The position numbers and the translations under genes were made by a program. From contig NC_043005.1 in the NCBI RefSeq assembly GCF_006345805.1, positions 15,190,001-15,254,000 on the forward strand: a stretch of DNA of 64,000 bases, read 5' to 3'. Shown here one piece after another: positions 26,561-40,850 of the stretch. Every line of letters starts with the position of its first letter. Position 1 is the first letter of the stretch. The notes beneath the pieces were generated by a model. That model saw only the letters and a list, made by a program, of their open reading frames with translations, ran no database searches and had not been told where the DNA came from. The stretch is from Octopus sinensis (taxonomy: Eukaryota).

Positions 26561-28531
26561 TCGATTTCCATTGATCGATTTAGATAAGTTAAATAAGATT
26601 AATATCATGCACTTGCTTCTCCTTAACAAAAGGAGAAGGAAAAAGATAAAATGTTGAAAAACTGGAATTAAAATTTTTATTTTTATTTTGTTACGTTAGT
26701 TTTAAACTTTGTGGGTGTCTATATATATATGCGTGTATAAGTGGTCATTATCATTTAATGTCCATGTTCTATGCTGGCATGGGTTAGATCAGTGGTTTCC
26801 AAACTTTTTCGAGCTGCTGCCCCCTTGACACTTGGGCCACATTCCTAGTACCCCCACTCCAACTAATCATCTTGAAAACATGTGGAATGAAAAATCCTTC
26901 TTTTATCTGAAAAACAGTTAGGGGCATCTGACTGTAAAACAGCGTTGCAGTAATATATTCACATAATCCTTGCCAGCATAGGAAAATAGAGACGTAAAAT
27001 GAAAAATGGACATAAAATAAAATATATATCATTTAAATTACCTAATGAGTGAATGGTTTTTCATTCAAAATCTATACAATTCTCCAAGTCATCCTAAGAT
27101 CTGGTTTGTACAAGTAAGAGACAATATTTTGCTAAGGAAATCTAATAAGACTGAATTGTGTCTGCAGTTGTTCTATTTACCAAAGATCAAACTCTAACTA
27201 CTGCATGCCCCTAACTAATTTTGAAGTTATGTCCCTTGCTTTTGTAGAGAGAAATTTTCATTAACACTATTGATTTTTCTTTTCATTAAGAATATAATTC
27301 TGAGTGATTAATTATTTTTATTTTGGCTCACCACATGGAGTATGATAGCTCTCAACTAAATGTTATTGGCTGTTGAGCACAGACATATTTTTTTGATGTG
27401 ACCAAACTCATGGATGACTGCTTCTTTTCCTCATAACACATTAATCTATTTCACTTTTGATGTTTACTGCTTGTGAAATAACATTTAAGAACAGCAACAG
27501 TTCTAGTTTAATTAAAACTAGTGGCACATGGCAGAATTAGTAGTACAATAAATTAAATGTCTTTTGATGTTGCTTTTTGTAACTTTATGTTTAAGTTCAA
27601 AACTCCTTTCTGAGGCTGACAAAGCACCAGTTAAATACTAAGTTTGATTTGAGTGATTGCTCTTGGCCCCAAAATGTGTGGCTGTGTGCCTAAACTCAAA
27701 ATCATTATTATTACTAAGAATGGTTGATTTTCTTTTTTTAACTTTTTGAGAGATGAAATATACCTGTCAAGTATTGGGGTCAGTATAATTGACTGTTTCT
27801 CCTTGCCCCAAATTTGTGGTTACTTGATAAATAAAGGGAATTTATATTGTCGTTGTTAATGTCACCAGAATTTCGACTTTAAAGAGCCAGAACAAATACT
27901 GTCTAACAAAAAATTGTCTTGTTAGACAGTATTTGTTCTGGAACTTTGCAATCTAAGTCCAAATCTCACCAAGGTTAACTTTGCTTTCATTCCTCTGGGT
28001 TCAATAAAATAAAGGGCTTGTCAAATACTGAAATTGATTTATTTGGCTACCCCTGCCCCTCTCCCTAAATTATTTTATCTTTGTGCCAATGTTAGAAATA
28101 ATTGTCATTATCTCTTTTATCTTAAGATCTTAACCAGGTATATACTAAGTGCTCAATATTAAGTCACATGACCTCAGATAGGGAGGATCTTCTGCAGGAT
28201 GTTGGCACTTCTAAGAAGTGTTGATTTCTGTAAAAATACAATGTTGTGTGTTCCTTTTGGTTTGTATGTTGTTAATATGTTAAAAATGGAGCTAAGGATG
28301 CTAATTATCATTGGTATAACTAAATGGAGGCAAGAGCACTAATTACTATTTTCATGTCTTTAGTTTGTGTGTTTCATATTCTTAAAAGTTTCCTGCCAGA
28401 TCTTCAAATAATCATCAGTCAATTTTCTCCTGGTTCTTACTAGCTAAATCTTGATTACCTGGGATGGTTATATCTATAAAGTAACATTTCTAGTCCACTT
28501 TCTCAACTGCAATATTTATCTTTTTGATAGT

Positions 28532-28965
28532 AAGGCAGTGAGCTGGCAGAAACGTTAGCATGCCAGGCGATATGCTTAGTGGTATTTCATCTGCTGTTAC
28601 GTTCTGAGTTCAAATTACACCGAGGTCAACTTTGCCTTTCATCCTTTCGGGGTTGATAAATTAAGTACCAGTTACACACTCGGGTCGATGTAATCGACTT
28701 AATCCGTTTGTCTGTCCTTATTTGTCTCTCTCCATGTTTAGCCCCTTGTGGACAATAAAGAAATAAGAAACGTTAGCATGCCGGGCAAAATGCTTAGCAG
28801 TATTTTGGCTGTCTTTATGTTCTGAGTTCAAATTCTGCCGAAGTCAACTTTGCCTTTCATCCTTTTGGATTCGATAAATTAAGTACCAGTTGCATACTGA
28901 GTCGATCTAATTGACTGGGCCCCTCCCCCAACATTTCGGGCCTGGTACCAAGAGTAGAAAAGAAT
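28532..28965 (+). mobile_element. SINE family A, composite dimer
   Basis: Same architecture as 10469-10910, junction near 28766 (aagaaataagaaacgttagc). Confidence 0.85.
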
Positions 28966-30190
28966 ACCTGTTTTATAGTGTTCAGTCACTTTGGCTATTA
29001 AAGTTTGACTATTAAAATCCCACAAGATTTTTTTGGCAGTTTTATGCTGTCAGATATATCAGTACCCTTTCCAGTTAACCTCAAACCGTTCTGGTTTACT
29101 TTTTTGCCAAGCACCAGTGCAGACTTAAACATACTTTATCGCAACACCTTTTGTACTCTTTCCATATAAGAATTTTACAAGTAGTTACAATATGGGTCAT
29201 AGTCTCCACTTTCTCACTACATAACCTACATTTTCTGTTTTCTGCCTCGTAAATATGTATTCATTTTCCTGGAGTTTTGTTTTGAGGGTTTAGTTCAGAG
29301 CTGCAAATTTTTGGTCTTAGGCTTCAGGTCTCCTCCTCAACCAATCCCATTACTGTTCAGATTTTTCTAGTCCTCTTTCAAATTGGTTGTATAGGGGCAC
29401 ATTTTCATGTCTACTTTGTTTTTTCCTTTTATATACCAAATAACTCTCTAAATGTCACCCTCTCACCTTTGCATACGTCATTAATTCAGGTAGCTTTTAG
29501 TTTTACGTCACCAGAGTCATCTTTTCAGAAGATAACTTACTTTTTTCTTCTCTTTTCTGCATTTCCTTTTTCCTTCTTTTCTTTACATTCCTTTCCCCAC
29601 CATTCTTTGCCAAACTAGTTTGTTGGTTGGTTTGGTTGTTGTTTAACCCCATCTTAACTCTGAGTAGGTGACTTATGATCAAAGATGTTTCAGATGTGAC
29701 CATCCTATCATTTATTCAGACATATGTAACGTTAAGGATCACATATCTGGTACTATATTGTCCATTGTATGCAGGCTATAATTTGAGGCAGATTTAACTG
29801 GCAATATTTGGAAATACAGCAACCGTGTAGGGTCTCCTGGTCAGTTGGTCGGCTATACCCCACCCTAGTCTGTTGGCTGGTTGGTTAAGCCTCTTCTCAT
29901 TCACTAGGAAGCTTCTTGCACTTTTGATACTTTCCAAAAGTTTCAATGAAGGGATTTTATTAAAACTATCTCCCTTCTTTGTTGATTTTTTTATATTCTA
30001 AACACATCTTTGAAGAGATTTTGTTTTCTAATTGCATAGATAAAACTTAGTCAGTCAAAAGTTTTTCAACTTGCTATATTACATGTGTGAGACTAGTTAA
30101 TGTATTTGTTTGAATACACATATACATTCCTGGCCAGTCAAGCATATCTCCTGCTTTCTCTTTCTCCTTCTTTTTCTTTCACTTCTTCAG

Positions 30191-30215
30191 GTTTACTTAG
30201 TTTCGAGGTGTAAAG
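30191..30215 (+). CDS. candidate 25-nt exon (VYLVSRCK; or GLLSFEV* if terminal in phase 1)
   Basis: Long pyrimidine tract ending cttcttcag; AAG|GTGTGT donor. Confidence 0.3.
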
Positions 30216-30708
30216 GTGTGTGTTATTTAAGCTAAGCTGAGATGATGAGAACTACCTGCCCATTGCCCTAATTTCATATACTTTTTAGCTTACTCTATAT
30301 AACTGAATGTGTATTTATTAAATTCAGTAAGTATGTGTGTTCAGTGAGGAGAGCAGAATTCTGATATGGGCAGGACTCTGATTTGAAGAAAATGATATAT
30401 TTATTATAGATTATTTTGTTTTTGTTTTGTTACTAATAGCTTAGAAGAGGGAAAGGCTGTACCTATGACCCCTCTCTAGTACTTTGAAACTGGTAGGAGG
30501 AAAAGAGGAAGTTAGCTTCAGATGAGGGAACCTGGCCTAAATGCTTGCAGCAGGAAGTAGTTTGCTAAAGGTACACATTAGGGGCCAAATGATAGGTGGT
30601 GTTAAACTAGTCATTGGGTTAGGGCTACCACTCAGAGTTAAAGTTCATTCGAAGAGTAGGCTAAGCAGTAAAAAAAAAAAGTAAAAAGAAAATGAAGAAA
30701 CTGGTGAT

Positions 30709-31116
30709 GGGATCTTTTCGGTTTGAACGGCAGTTTTTTCTAGCAGTGTCATATGAAATTGCCACCCATAATTATAACCCTAGTATCGATCTATTGCATT
30801 TCAATCTGTTTTAGGGTTAGGGGTGGGGGGAAGGGTATCTTATTTTCTTCACAAATATAAATAAACCCAATCTGTTTCTTAAACGAGGGACATATTCATA
30901 TGGCACAGAATGTTTTTTTACCTCAATGGATGTCATTGATTGGTTGAAATTGCAGAAATTGAAGAAAAACAACAACAAATATCTTACAAACTATAGAATT
31001 TTCTCAGTAAAGCCAAGAGAAAAAGATGCTTTATAAACACATTCTACCAGTATACGAAGTTTAAAATTTTTTAGTTACCTAGAAATTATGTTAAAAACTG
31101 CCGTTCAAACCGAAAA
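30709..31116. mobile_element. MITE of unassigned superfamily
   Basis: 24-bp TIR ttttcggtttgaacggcagttttt (30715-38) / aaaaactgccgttcaaaccgaaaa (31093-116); internal tagggttagggg. Confidence 0.75.
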
Positions 31117-31408
31117 CAGACAAATACAGCAAATAAAATCAATTTGTATGTCATGAGGGGATGTAACAGTTTTAGGGAGACAGATTGGGGCCAAAATAGG
31201 CTATATTTTAATGCCTACTCATCTTTGGCTTTTACTTGTTTCAATCATTGGGCTGCAGCCATGCTGGGGGTACAACCTTGAAAGGTTTTAGTCAAACATA
31301 TCAATCCCGATATTTATTTTATTGATCTCTTACACCAAAGTGCTAAGTTACAGGGATATAAACAAACTAACACAGGTTCTTAAGTGGTTGGGTAGAACAT
31401 ACATCTAC

Positions 31409-31439
<31 letters not shown>

Positions 31440-31662
31440 GCAAAAACTGTCCGACGAATGGGAACGTGAAACTCAGAGTAACAGGTTTTGTTGAATTTTC
31501 TGCTGCTTTAAATAAAGCATATTACTCTACCCCTGGTATTTGAGTACTCTTTTTTCCACCTTGTTTCACATTTATGTGTTTACTCCAGTATATATATATA
31601 TATATATGCATCTCCTCTCTCTCTCTCTATCTATCTCTCTCTATATATATATACATACATAC

Positions 31663-31699
<37 letters not shown>

Positions 31700-31732
31700 C
31701 ATACATACATACATACATACATACATACATCA

Positions 31733-31766
<34 letters not shown>

Positions 31767-32302
31767 CACACAACATGCATATGATAGGCTTTCTCACGCT
31801 TTCTATTTACAAAATTCACTCACAAGGCATTGGTTGACTTCGGGCTATAGTAGAAGTTACTTGACTAGCCAGCCATGCCTATCTCTACAGTTTATCTGCA
31901 TTATGATTCTCTCATTACTTCATCAATTAGTACTGTGAAATTTATGTATTATTTAGCTGATGAGGTCTACTTGCTAAAATATTTTTTTGTTTGTTTGTGT
32001 CATGAATTTTTAATGCTTACTAAATTTCTTGAATATGCTAACATTAACTTGAATTGGGAAGAGGTGTTAGATGTGGGAACCGAGAGATAAGACATAGCAA
32101 GTATCTGGAGTGTGTATAAAAGGAGAGATGAGTAGGTGGGTATGGTATGCAACTAGTTTGTTCATTGGAGCAAGTGCACTTTTAATAAAGAAAGAAGAGA
32201 TATGCAGAGAGCATCCAGTCAGCTACAATCTAGTAAACTTTTTTGATCAAGGGCATTCCAGCCATGACAATCCTGCAGTAGGACTGCATTCTCCAATCTA
32301 TT

Positions 32303-32720
32303 ATTCTTTTATTCTTTTACACATTTCAGTCATTTGATTGTGGCCATGCTAGAGCACCACCTTAAAGTGTTTTAGTCAAAGAAATTGACCCCAGGACTTA
32401 TTCTTTGTAAGCCTAGTACTTATTCTACCAGTATGTTTTGCTGAACTGCTAAGTTACAGGTACATAAACACACTAACATTAGTTGTCAAGTAATGTTGGG
32501 TGGGGCAAACACAGATACAAAGACATATAATATATATATATATATATTGGCTTCTTCAATGGGCTTCTTTCAGTTTCCATCTACCAAATTTACTCACAAA
32601 GTTTTGGTTGGCCCAAAGCTATAGAAGAAGACACTTGTCCAAGGTACCACACAGTGGGACTGAACCTGGAACCATGTGGTCGGGAAGCAAGTTTCTTACC
32701 ACACAGCCACGCCTGTGCCT
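32303..32720 (-). mobile_element. SINE family B, full length
   Basis: Tail-to-head match ending acacagccacgcctgtgcct. Confidence 0.85.
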
Positions 32721-33419
32721 AATCTTTTATTTTTTTAAGATGGTATGGTGTGATTTGAGGAAAATTTGCTGTGTAGTGGTTGAACAACTGCTGTGTAGAG
32801 GTATCCTTCCGGTCTAAGCTTGTTAGTAAGTCTTTCATTGATCAGTAGAATTAATTGTTTTGTTTTATTTATACTTAAATAAACTATTTGGAGTAATCTT
32901 ATTTTGCTTCTTCAAAGATTCCTGTTTTGAGCTTTAAAGATTCAAGAAAATCTATGAAAATAGTTCCTAGAAATGGATTATTTCTGGTGTCCTTGTTGAT
33001 TCCTCTCTTTGTTCCTGGTAAACAGGATGAGACACACACACACAGACTCTGTCTGTCTGTCTCTCTTTCTCTCTCTCACACACTCACACACACACTGTAT
33101 GTTTAGATAAGAGATAAGGAAGGACAGACAGCCTTGGTGGTGAAGGGTGCTGGAAGTGAAGTCAATTGATTGGGCTGGCTCACTGACTGGTAGTTAATGG
33201 AAAAGGATCAGTGTCACCACTGTCCTTTGCCCAATTTCATTTATTCTTCCACCATTTTCTTGTTATTTCTGTTTTTTCACAAACACACCCACCCCAACTT
33301 AAACCACATCCTTCTTAACTTAGCTATTAAGGGTGGATAGCAAACAGTAAGAGATAGGAAAAAACACTGACTAATCTCTGAAAGAGTAATCAAATAAACA
33401 AGACAGAGATGTACACACA

Positions 33420-33464
<45 letters not shown>

Positions 33465-33789
33465 TTATACACACACGAACATACACAAATATGTATATGC
33501 TTGCATACATACATATGTGTGTGAGTGTGTATACACATGCATGCATACACACACACATCCTTGAGGGGGTGCTGAAAAGTTCCTGGCTTTGGGTAAAAGA
33601 AAACACAGGAGGATCATTTAATTATGATTTTATTCAACATATTCCCCTCTCAGGTTCATACACTTATTGCAGTGGTCCTTCAGTTTTTCTGAGCCCTGTA
33701 AGAGAACTCGAGGTTTGGGCCTCCAACCAGGCCTTTCATGATACTCTTAAAGCCAGGAATGTTTCAGCACTGCTTCGTATACTTAGATA

Positions 33790-33817
33790 CTTGGACAACT
33801 GAAAGAAGCCTGTTGTG

Positions 33818-33848
<31 letters not shown>

Positions 33849-34063
33849 ATGTGTGGGTATATGTTTGTGTGTCTGTGTTTGTCCCACAACATCGCTTGAC
33901 AACCGATGCTGGTGTGTTTATGTCCCCGTAACTTAGCAGTTCGGCAAAAGAGACCGATGGAATAAGTACTAAGCTTACAAAGAATAAGTCCTGGGATTGA
34001 TTTGTCCAACCAAAGGTGGTGCTCCAGCATGGCTGCTGTCAAATGACTGAAACAAGTAAAAGA

Positions 34064-34064
<1 letters not shown>
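33790..34064 (+). mobile_element. SINE family B, 5' truncated
   Basis: ctgaaagaagcc..(TA)n..tgactgaaacaagtaaaagaa. Confidence 0.85.
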
Positions 34065-34100
<36 letters not shown>

Positions 34101-34367
34101 AAATCCCTTTTCTTAACCTTATTGTTTCCGTTCCCTTATCATAGTTGTTAACCTTGTTAACATACTTTACAATTGGGTCATCTTGTATTGTTGAAGTGCT
34201 TATCTCTTGCTACCCTTGTTATTGCTTTTATCACTATTATTGAGAAGGGTGTTACCCCCATGAGCATTAACATCATGGTAAAAACAGACACTTTGTGATA
34301 TTCAGCTCCCTTCTTTTATGATCTGAGTTCAGTCCACTCACTATGCATTGTATCTTTCAGAATAGGG

Positions 34368-34418
<51 letters not shown>

Positions 34419-34544
34419 TCAAATCCATTAAGTTCCAGTTTGTTTTTATACTTCAGATTCTGGGATGGATATAATTGACTATAGCCCCTCTCAGCTCTTT
34501 CATTCAATTTCTGATTGTGCTCTTAGTATTATGATTATTATTAG

Positions 34545-34765
34545 GAAAATGGTGAACTGGCAGGATCATTAGCCCACCAGATAAAAAAAAAAATGCTTAG
34601 CAGCATTTCTGGTTTTATGTTTGAACTCCACCAAGGTTGACTTTGCCTTTCATCCTTTCAGGGTCGATAAAATTAAGTAACAGTTGAACACTGGGGTTAA
34701 TGTAATTGACAGGCCCTTTCCCCCAAATTTTAGGCCTTGTGCCTTATAGTAAAAAAAGGATTATT
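34545..34765 (+). mobile_element. SINE family A, CpG-decayed
   Basis: ggttgactttgcctttcatcctttcagggtcgataa central domain plus tail type 2. Confidence 0.75.
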
Positions 34766-35529
34766 ATAAGGAGGGAAGTGGGTGGTGGAAGCGATTAAAC
34801 AGTGCAGAAAGGTAGGGAGAGAAGGAAACACTGTTCAGCTTTTAGGTACTTAGTTACATTCCTTTATCTCCTGAATTCCCTTGTCACCAATGTCAGTACT
34901 GCCTTCAGGTATCAGTAACATAAATTTTAGTAAAATCTGGGAGTTGATTTCTTCAACTGTTGAGCTAACCTGTGGCCCTGTCACTGACTGTTTTTAGAAA
35001 TCATTATTCTTATTACTGATGTTGCTGTTTAACCATTCTGTCAGTTTACCATTTTAGAGTACCAGACAGACAAAATGTCTTGTATCCATCCAATCCAGTA
35101 TTTGGTTATGACTTTCTGTTCTGAGTTCAAATCTCACTAAAGTTAGCTTTTATCTTTCAACCTGACACAACCGATAAAGCATAATAATCATGTACTGGGA
35201 ATGACATAATCAACTGGCCTTTTCTCCCTAAATTTCTAGCCTTGTGTCTGTTAGAAATTACTGTTGTTGTTGTGCATTCATTATCAGCTCTGAACCAGCA
35301 AGTGTTGCACTATCTAGGATAAAATTTCCCACTGTGTCCTTCCATTATTAAGACAGTTAGTGTAATTTATAGGGATGTTTTGGCAAATATTTCTAGCAGG
35401 CTCATTTGTATACTCTTCAGATTAGTTGTAGGCTGATCCAGTGGTTTTGTTCATCAAGAGAGATCCCCACTTTTCCCTGATGTGTTGTCAGTACTATAGA
35501 CAATCAACTGGTAATCTGTGACTCTAGAG

Positions 35530-35880
35530 TAGGGGTTCTCAACCATTTTTTTATCTATGGACTCCTTTGATTACTATTGTATTCTGGTGGACCCCCATAG
35601 CCATTTGATGTTTAAAAACTAGTTTTATAGAAACTTTTTTCAAAATTCCTGTTTTGTTTTTCACACATTCCCTTGTGTAGGTTAAATTATGTAAAATGCT
35701 AGAGAAAGAAACAGCTGTTTCTTGCAATACATACCAATACATACATCTAAAGCAAAATTTTTTCTCAGGGACCCTTAAAATACTATTGTGGATTCCTGAT
35801 TTACTATTTTGCAGTGCATACCCCACCAAAATCTTTTTTGCATGCTCAGGGGCTGTATGGACCGGGGTTGAGAACCACTG
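35530..35880. mobile_element. hAT-type MITE
   Basis: taggggttctcaacc / ggttgagaaccactg; TSD ctctagag on both sides. Confidence 0.85.
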
Positions 35881-35888
35881 CTCTAGAG

Positions 35889-36371
35889 CAGTGGTCATCA
35901 AACTATGGCCCGTGGGCTGGATCTGGCCTGTGAGGTCAGTTCATCTGGCCCATTACTGCACTGTACCATTTGTGTAAGTACCTGCAATAAGAGTTTGCCT
36001 CAGGTATGGCATCAGTGTTTGAAACAACTTATGTTTACAAACAATCATTTTCAATAATGAAGCATGTGAAGTCAGCTCATCGAATGAAGTTGACTGATGA
36101 ACATTTGAAAGCAATTCTCTTGGTTGAATGCAGCAATTTCAAAGCAAATAATTGATGAATCTGAAAAGCTAAACACCAGATGCACAAATCTCACTTTTTT
36201 TTGTTGCTTAGTTTGTGAGATTTGGATATATGTGCACTGGGTGTGATATAACTATCTTATTGCTAGCATTGCTGTCTTTGATAACTTTTTGGTCAATAAA
36301 TATGTTGGTTGTCTTTATTTGTCATTTTCTCAGTTATCTGTCTCACGGGGAAAAAAGTTTGGTGACCCCTG
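35889..36371 (+). mobile_element. non-autonomous hAT (Charlie/Buster-like) with transposase C-terminal remnant
   Basis: TIRs cagtggtcatcaaact / agtttggtgacccctg. ~35995-36155 translates FASGMASVFETTYVYKQSFSIMKHVKSAHRMKLTDEHLKAILL, which resembles the hAT C-terminal dimerization domain. Confidence 0.85.
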
Positions 36372-37263
36372 CTCTTGAGGGAAACTCATGGGTAACAGGC
36401 TGGCCACTGGATCAGCCTAAATAGACTAAAACACCCTACTTGTTACATTGAGTGTTCATGCTCACGCCTGTGTACACACACACACACAGATGTATGTATA
36501 GTTACATATATATATATATACTTTATACCACCCCTTATGTTAGCTATAATGCTTTCACTTCCTTGTTAATTTCACATCACCCTTTCCTCTTCTCCACTCC
36601 CTCGCTAACCCCTTTTTCTTCCTGTATTTACCCATCCTGTTCCCTATATTGAAGTATCTGTTTTCTCACATAACTTTACTCTCCTTTAGCGCCTTATTTC
36701 TCTCACCTCACCCAACCTCTTATCCTCCATCTTTACACCCATCCTGGCCCTTTGCTGACACTGATTTTCTTCCCTATAAACAAAGCACTCCCTTCTTTTG
36801 AACCCGCCAACAATGTCACTGTTGATGTGCCCTCCTCATCACACTGCTGCTGCTGCTGATGTTGTTCTGCCTGTTGCTCTCTTATATCTCTGTCTATCTA
36901 TTTCTCCTTTATTCCACTCTCTTTCTCTTTCTATCTGGATGTCATTGGCACTTTCTCCCTATCTATTTTCACCCTTTTCCAATTTGTTTTATTTATTTAT
37001 CCATCTATATCTATTTCTCTCCTTATCTTCATCTATCAATCTTCATTTTTTCCCCTATCTTTTTTCACTCTCATCCTTCTCTCTCTACCTGTTTATCTCC
37101 TATCTCTCTACTTTCTGTTCTGTCTTCTCTTCTCTTTTATCTTTCACTATTCGCCCCTCCTCCGCCTCTCTGTCTCTCTCTGTTTTTATCGGCTGTCTGT
37201 CTGTCTCTCTTTCTCTCTCTCTCTTTTTCTTTCTCTCTCTCTTTTTCTTACTCTCTCTCTCTT

Positions 37264-37294
<31 letters not shown>

Positions 37295-38007
37295 CCCTCT
37301 CTCTCTCTTGTATCTGTCTATATTTCACCTCACCATATCACCTCTCTCAAATGATATTTTCTCCTATTTGGTCAACGAAGACTGACATGGACATTTATTT
37401 TAAAAGCCCCAAATATTCCCTCCATATCCAATAACTGACATTCCTGTCCATCATCTTGATGTTGTTGTAGGGGTCATGTGTTGTGTGCATAGTGTGAGGT
37501 CTGGTGGGGTTTTAGATGTTGAAGGTTACTATGGATTGAAACTAACTCTTTCCCACCCCAAACAACTTACAGCATGTTTTTTTGTTGTGGTTTATTTATT
37601 TCCTACCCCAGATACACTTTTACATTCTTTTGCCCTTTTTTGTTTCCTTCTCTCCAACCACTGCTGAAGGAAAGGAAAAGAGGGGATTACAACTAAACAA
37701 CAACCAGAGACAATTACTTCAACACCAGCATCACTATTACCACCACCAGAGTTATCTAGGGAGACTCTGTATTTTTTTTATTACTCTTTAGCTACCAGGG
37801 AAGGAATGGCTGTGCTCATGACCCCTTAATTTTTCAGGGTCTAGGAGATTTGGTGGGCTGAAGGGAGTAAGCTATTCTTGAACTGAAGACATTGTCTAGA
37901 TCAGTGTTTTCTTTTTGTTTTTGTTTTTGTATCTGAACCCTCTTGATTCTTATTTTCCTTGGGTGTACCAATTTTCCTTGGGTGTACCCTCCTAGTCGTT
38001 CCATGTC

Positions 38008-38369
38008 TTTCTTACTCTTTTACTTGTTTCAGTCATTTGACTGTGGCCATGCTGGAGCACCACCTTTAGTCGAGCAAATCGACCCCAGGACTTATTCTTT
38101 GGCGGCCTAGTACTTATTCTATCAGTCTCTTTTTGCCGAACCGCTAAGTTACAGGGACGTAAACACACCAGCATTGGTTGTCAAGTGATGTTGAGGGGAC
38201 AAACACAAGTGCACAAACTTACACGCACATACACACACACACATATATATATATATATACACACATATATATGACGGGCTTCTTTCAGTTTCCGTCTACC
38301 AAATGCACTCACAAGGCTTTGGTCAGCCTGAGGCTATATTAGAAGACACTTGCCGAAGGTGCCACGCAG
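38008..38369 (-). mobile_element. SINE family B
   Basis: Reverse-complement match from the tail to gccacgcag. Confidence 0.85.
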
Positions 38370-39471
38370 GGATACAAACAAAAGAATTGTCATAAGTTTC
38401 AGATGAAGCATGGCTTATGCCATAACCATGTCTCTTATGCAATAAAGACCCAGAATGTTATAGATCTTTGAGGCAAAGCTGGGTGACTTACGCTTATTAG
38501 AAGATTTGGTTTAAAGCTATATGCTCACTTTGTTCATAGAGGAAGGTGCATTTTTATTTTTTGTTTAAAATCAAATATGGGTGTGATGTAAAAAGGGTTG
38601 AAAAATCTTGCACTAATGACTGCCTACTACTAATTCACCTCTCGTTAGAGATAATAAGCCAAATCTCCTTCAGATTACACTCTACCATTTTAATGAGAAA
38701 CTGACTTATTGGATGGTATAGTCCAGGCATGAGCAGCGTTTTATGAAAAGTGGGCCTCATGAGACATGACTCATCATCAGGTGCACCACCACCACCACCA
38801 CCACCACCACCACAACCAAAGATAAGTACGACTGCAAATTCACATCAAGAATCAAGAATCCTAACATGCCCATCATCTAGGAATCAGTAACATTCACTAC
38901 CAGAAAAAACAGCCAAATCATCCTCAAATAACACCCAATCATCTTTGAAAGAAAGAAAAATAAATACATTAGTTATTTTGTTCTTAGATTGCCCTGTCTA
39001 AAAAAATAAGATGAAATGGTCATAACTGGAATGCCTTTTGACCTTGGGGAATAAACAACAATCCCTACTCCCATAAAAACACCTATAACTATCAGCACCA
39101 CTGCCACTGCCAGTAGTCCCCTATACTCACCCTTGCTCCCTTACTAAAGTGCTTAGTGCTTTTTTAGTGTGTGTGTGTGTCCGTTACTAAAGTGCTTAGT
39201 GCTTTTTTAGTGTGTGTGTGTGTATCATGTATTTATACACCCACATAATTACACAAAATATATATACATAATGGTGAATATGTCAACTTTCCTGTCCCCC
39301 CTCCTATTTGTACTCATCTCCATCAATTTCCTGGTTGATTCCCCCTCCCCCAGTACCTCACTCCTCCCCCACTTTTTCCATATGCCATTCCTCTTTCCTT
39401 CTCTTCTTGCTATGCTGTTATACAGTTCTTAGTGTATGTATAATGTATGTGTGTGTGTATACATACATACA

Positions 39472-39520
<49 letters not shown>

Positions 39521-39737
39521 ATGTATGTATGTGTATTTTAATGTGTGTATGTGTATGTTGTTTGCTACATATTTAAGTAATGATGGTGGTGATGGAAGTG
39601 TGGCAGGCATGGGGGTAGTGCATTCCCCTTCCCTCTCTACCTTATTCCTGACATTTCTATCTGAGAGTACACACATGCACACACAACACACACACACACA
39701 CACACACACATACACACACATATATACATACATCCCC

Positions 39738-39783
<46 letters not shown>

Positions 39784-39853
39784 GTATGTATGTGTATATA
39801 TAAATGCACATGCACACACACACACACACACTAATACACAAACGCACACTTAC

Positions 39854-39888
<35 letters not shown>

Positions 39889-40850
39889 TGTGTACATACA
39901 AACGCGCGTGTGCACACACACGCACACAAAAATTCACTCTCACACATACATATGTATGCATGTAATTAATATACGCATATGAATTCTCTCTTCAGAAGTG
40001 TGTTTTTACTCACTGAAGAGTGTGTCTCTGTGTTGTATATACAATTATCTAATTAAATGTGTGTCTGTGTGTTATATACATTGTCATTTTAGAAGTGTGT
40101 ACATAATCACTCCCTTAAATGTATGTATGTCTATGTATGTTAATATACACAAGCCGGCACGTGTGTTTGCTGAGCCTCAATTGTCTACCCTACCACCAAC
40201 CACATGCATGCAGACAGGTACTCTCTCTCTCTCTCTCACTCTCTCTCTCTCTCTCTTCACCCTCACACACACATATAAGCATACACAATGATAATTATGC
40301 CATTTTAAATTGTCCAAAGTTCTCCTTCCTGGCAACTGGCATCAAGACTAAAACAAATGCTCTCTAATTTGATGTACAAATAATGATAGTAAATAAACCT
40401 AGGTTTGTGGAAGGGATGTGAATTGCTGGTATGGTTGTTGTTTAGTGCCAAATCAGACCTCATCCAGAAAGACCTATCATCAAAAGCATTCCAGCTATGA
40501 TTGTACCATTTTTTCCTGTTTTTTTTTTTTTTTTAAAGTATAGAGTGTATCTCAGGGTACATTATATTATAAATATATCCTTCTTGGATGTGAATTATAG
40601 ATAACTGCTATTTCTAGCAGCTTGAGCTAGAAACAGTGTGGAAGCCTGTCATATGTCTGTGCATGTGTGTATGTATGTGTGTGTGTGTGTGTGTGTGTCT
40701 TTGTGCTTGTCGCCTACACTTCTTGATAACTGGTGTTGGTTTCATTACATCCCCATAACTTAGCAATTCAGTAAAAGACATCAGTTAAGGTTAGTGCTGA
40801 TGGAAGTGAGAGTTGTTGTTTAGCTCCAGGTCAACTTTGATTCACTAGAC

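Noticed and set aside
37670-37790. Exon after the pyrimidine tract (ERKRGDYN* or a T/P-rich frame)
   Set aside because: Uncommon AAG acceptor, no good donor, all frames low-complexity.
39141-39223. Short direct duplications (also 4777-4852, 13358-13408, 37953-37990)
   Set aside because: Ordinary slippage or assembly duplications with no further structure.
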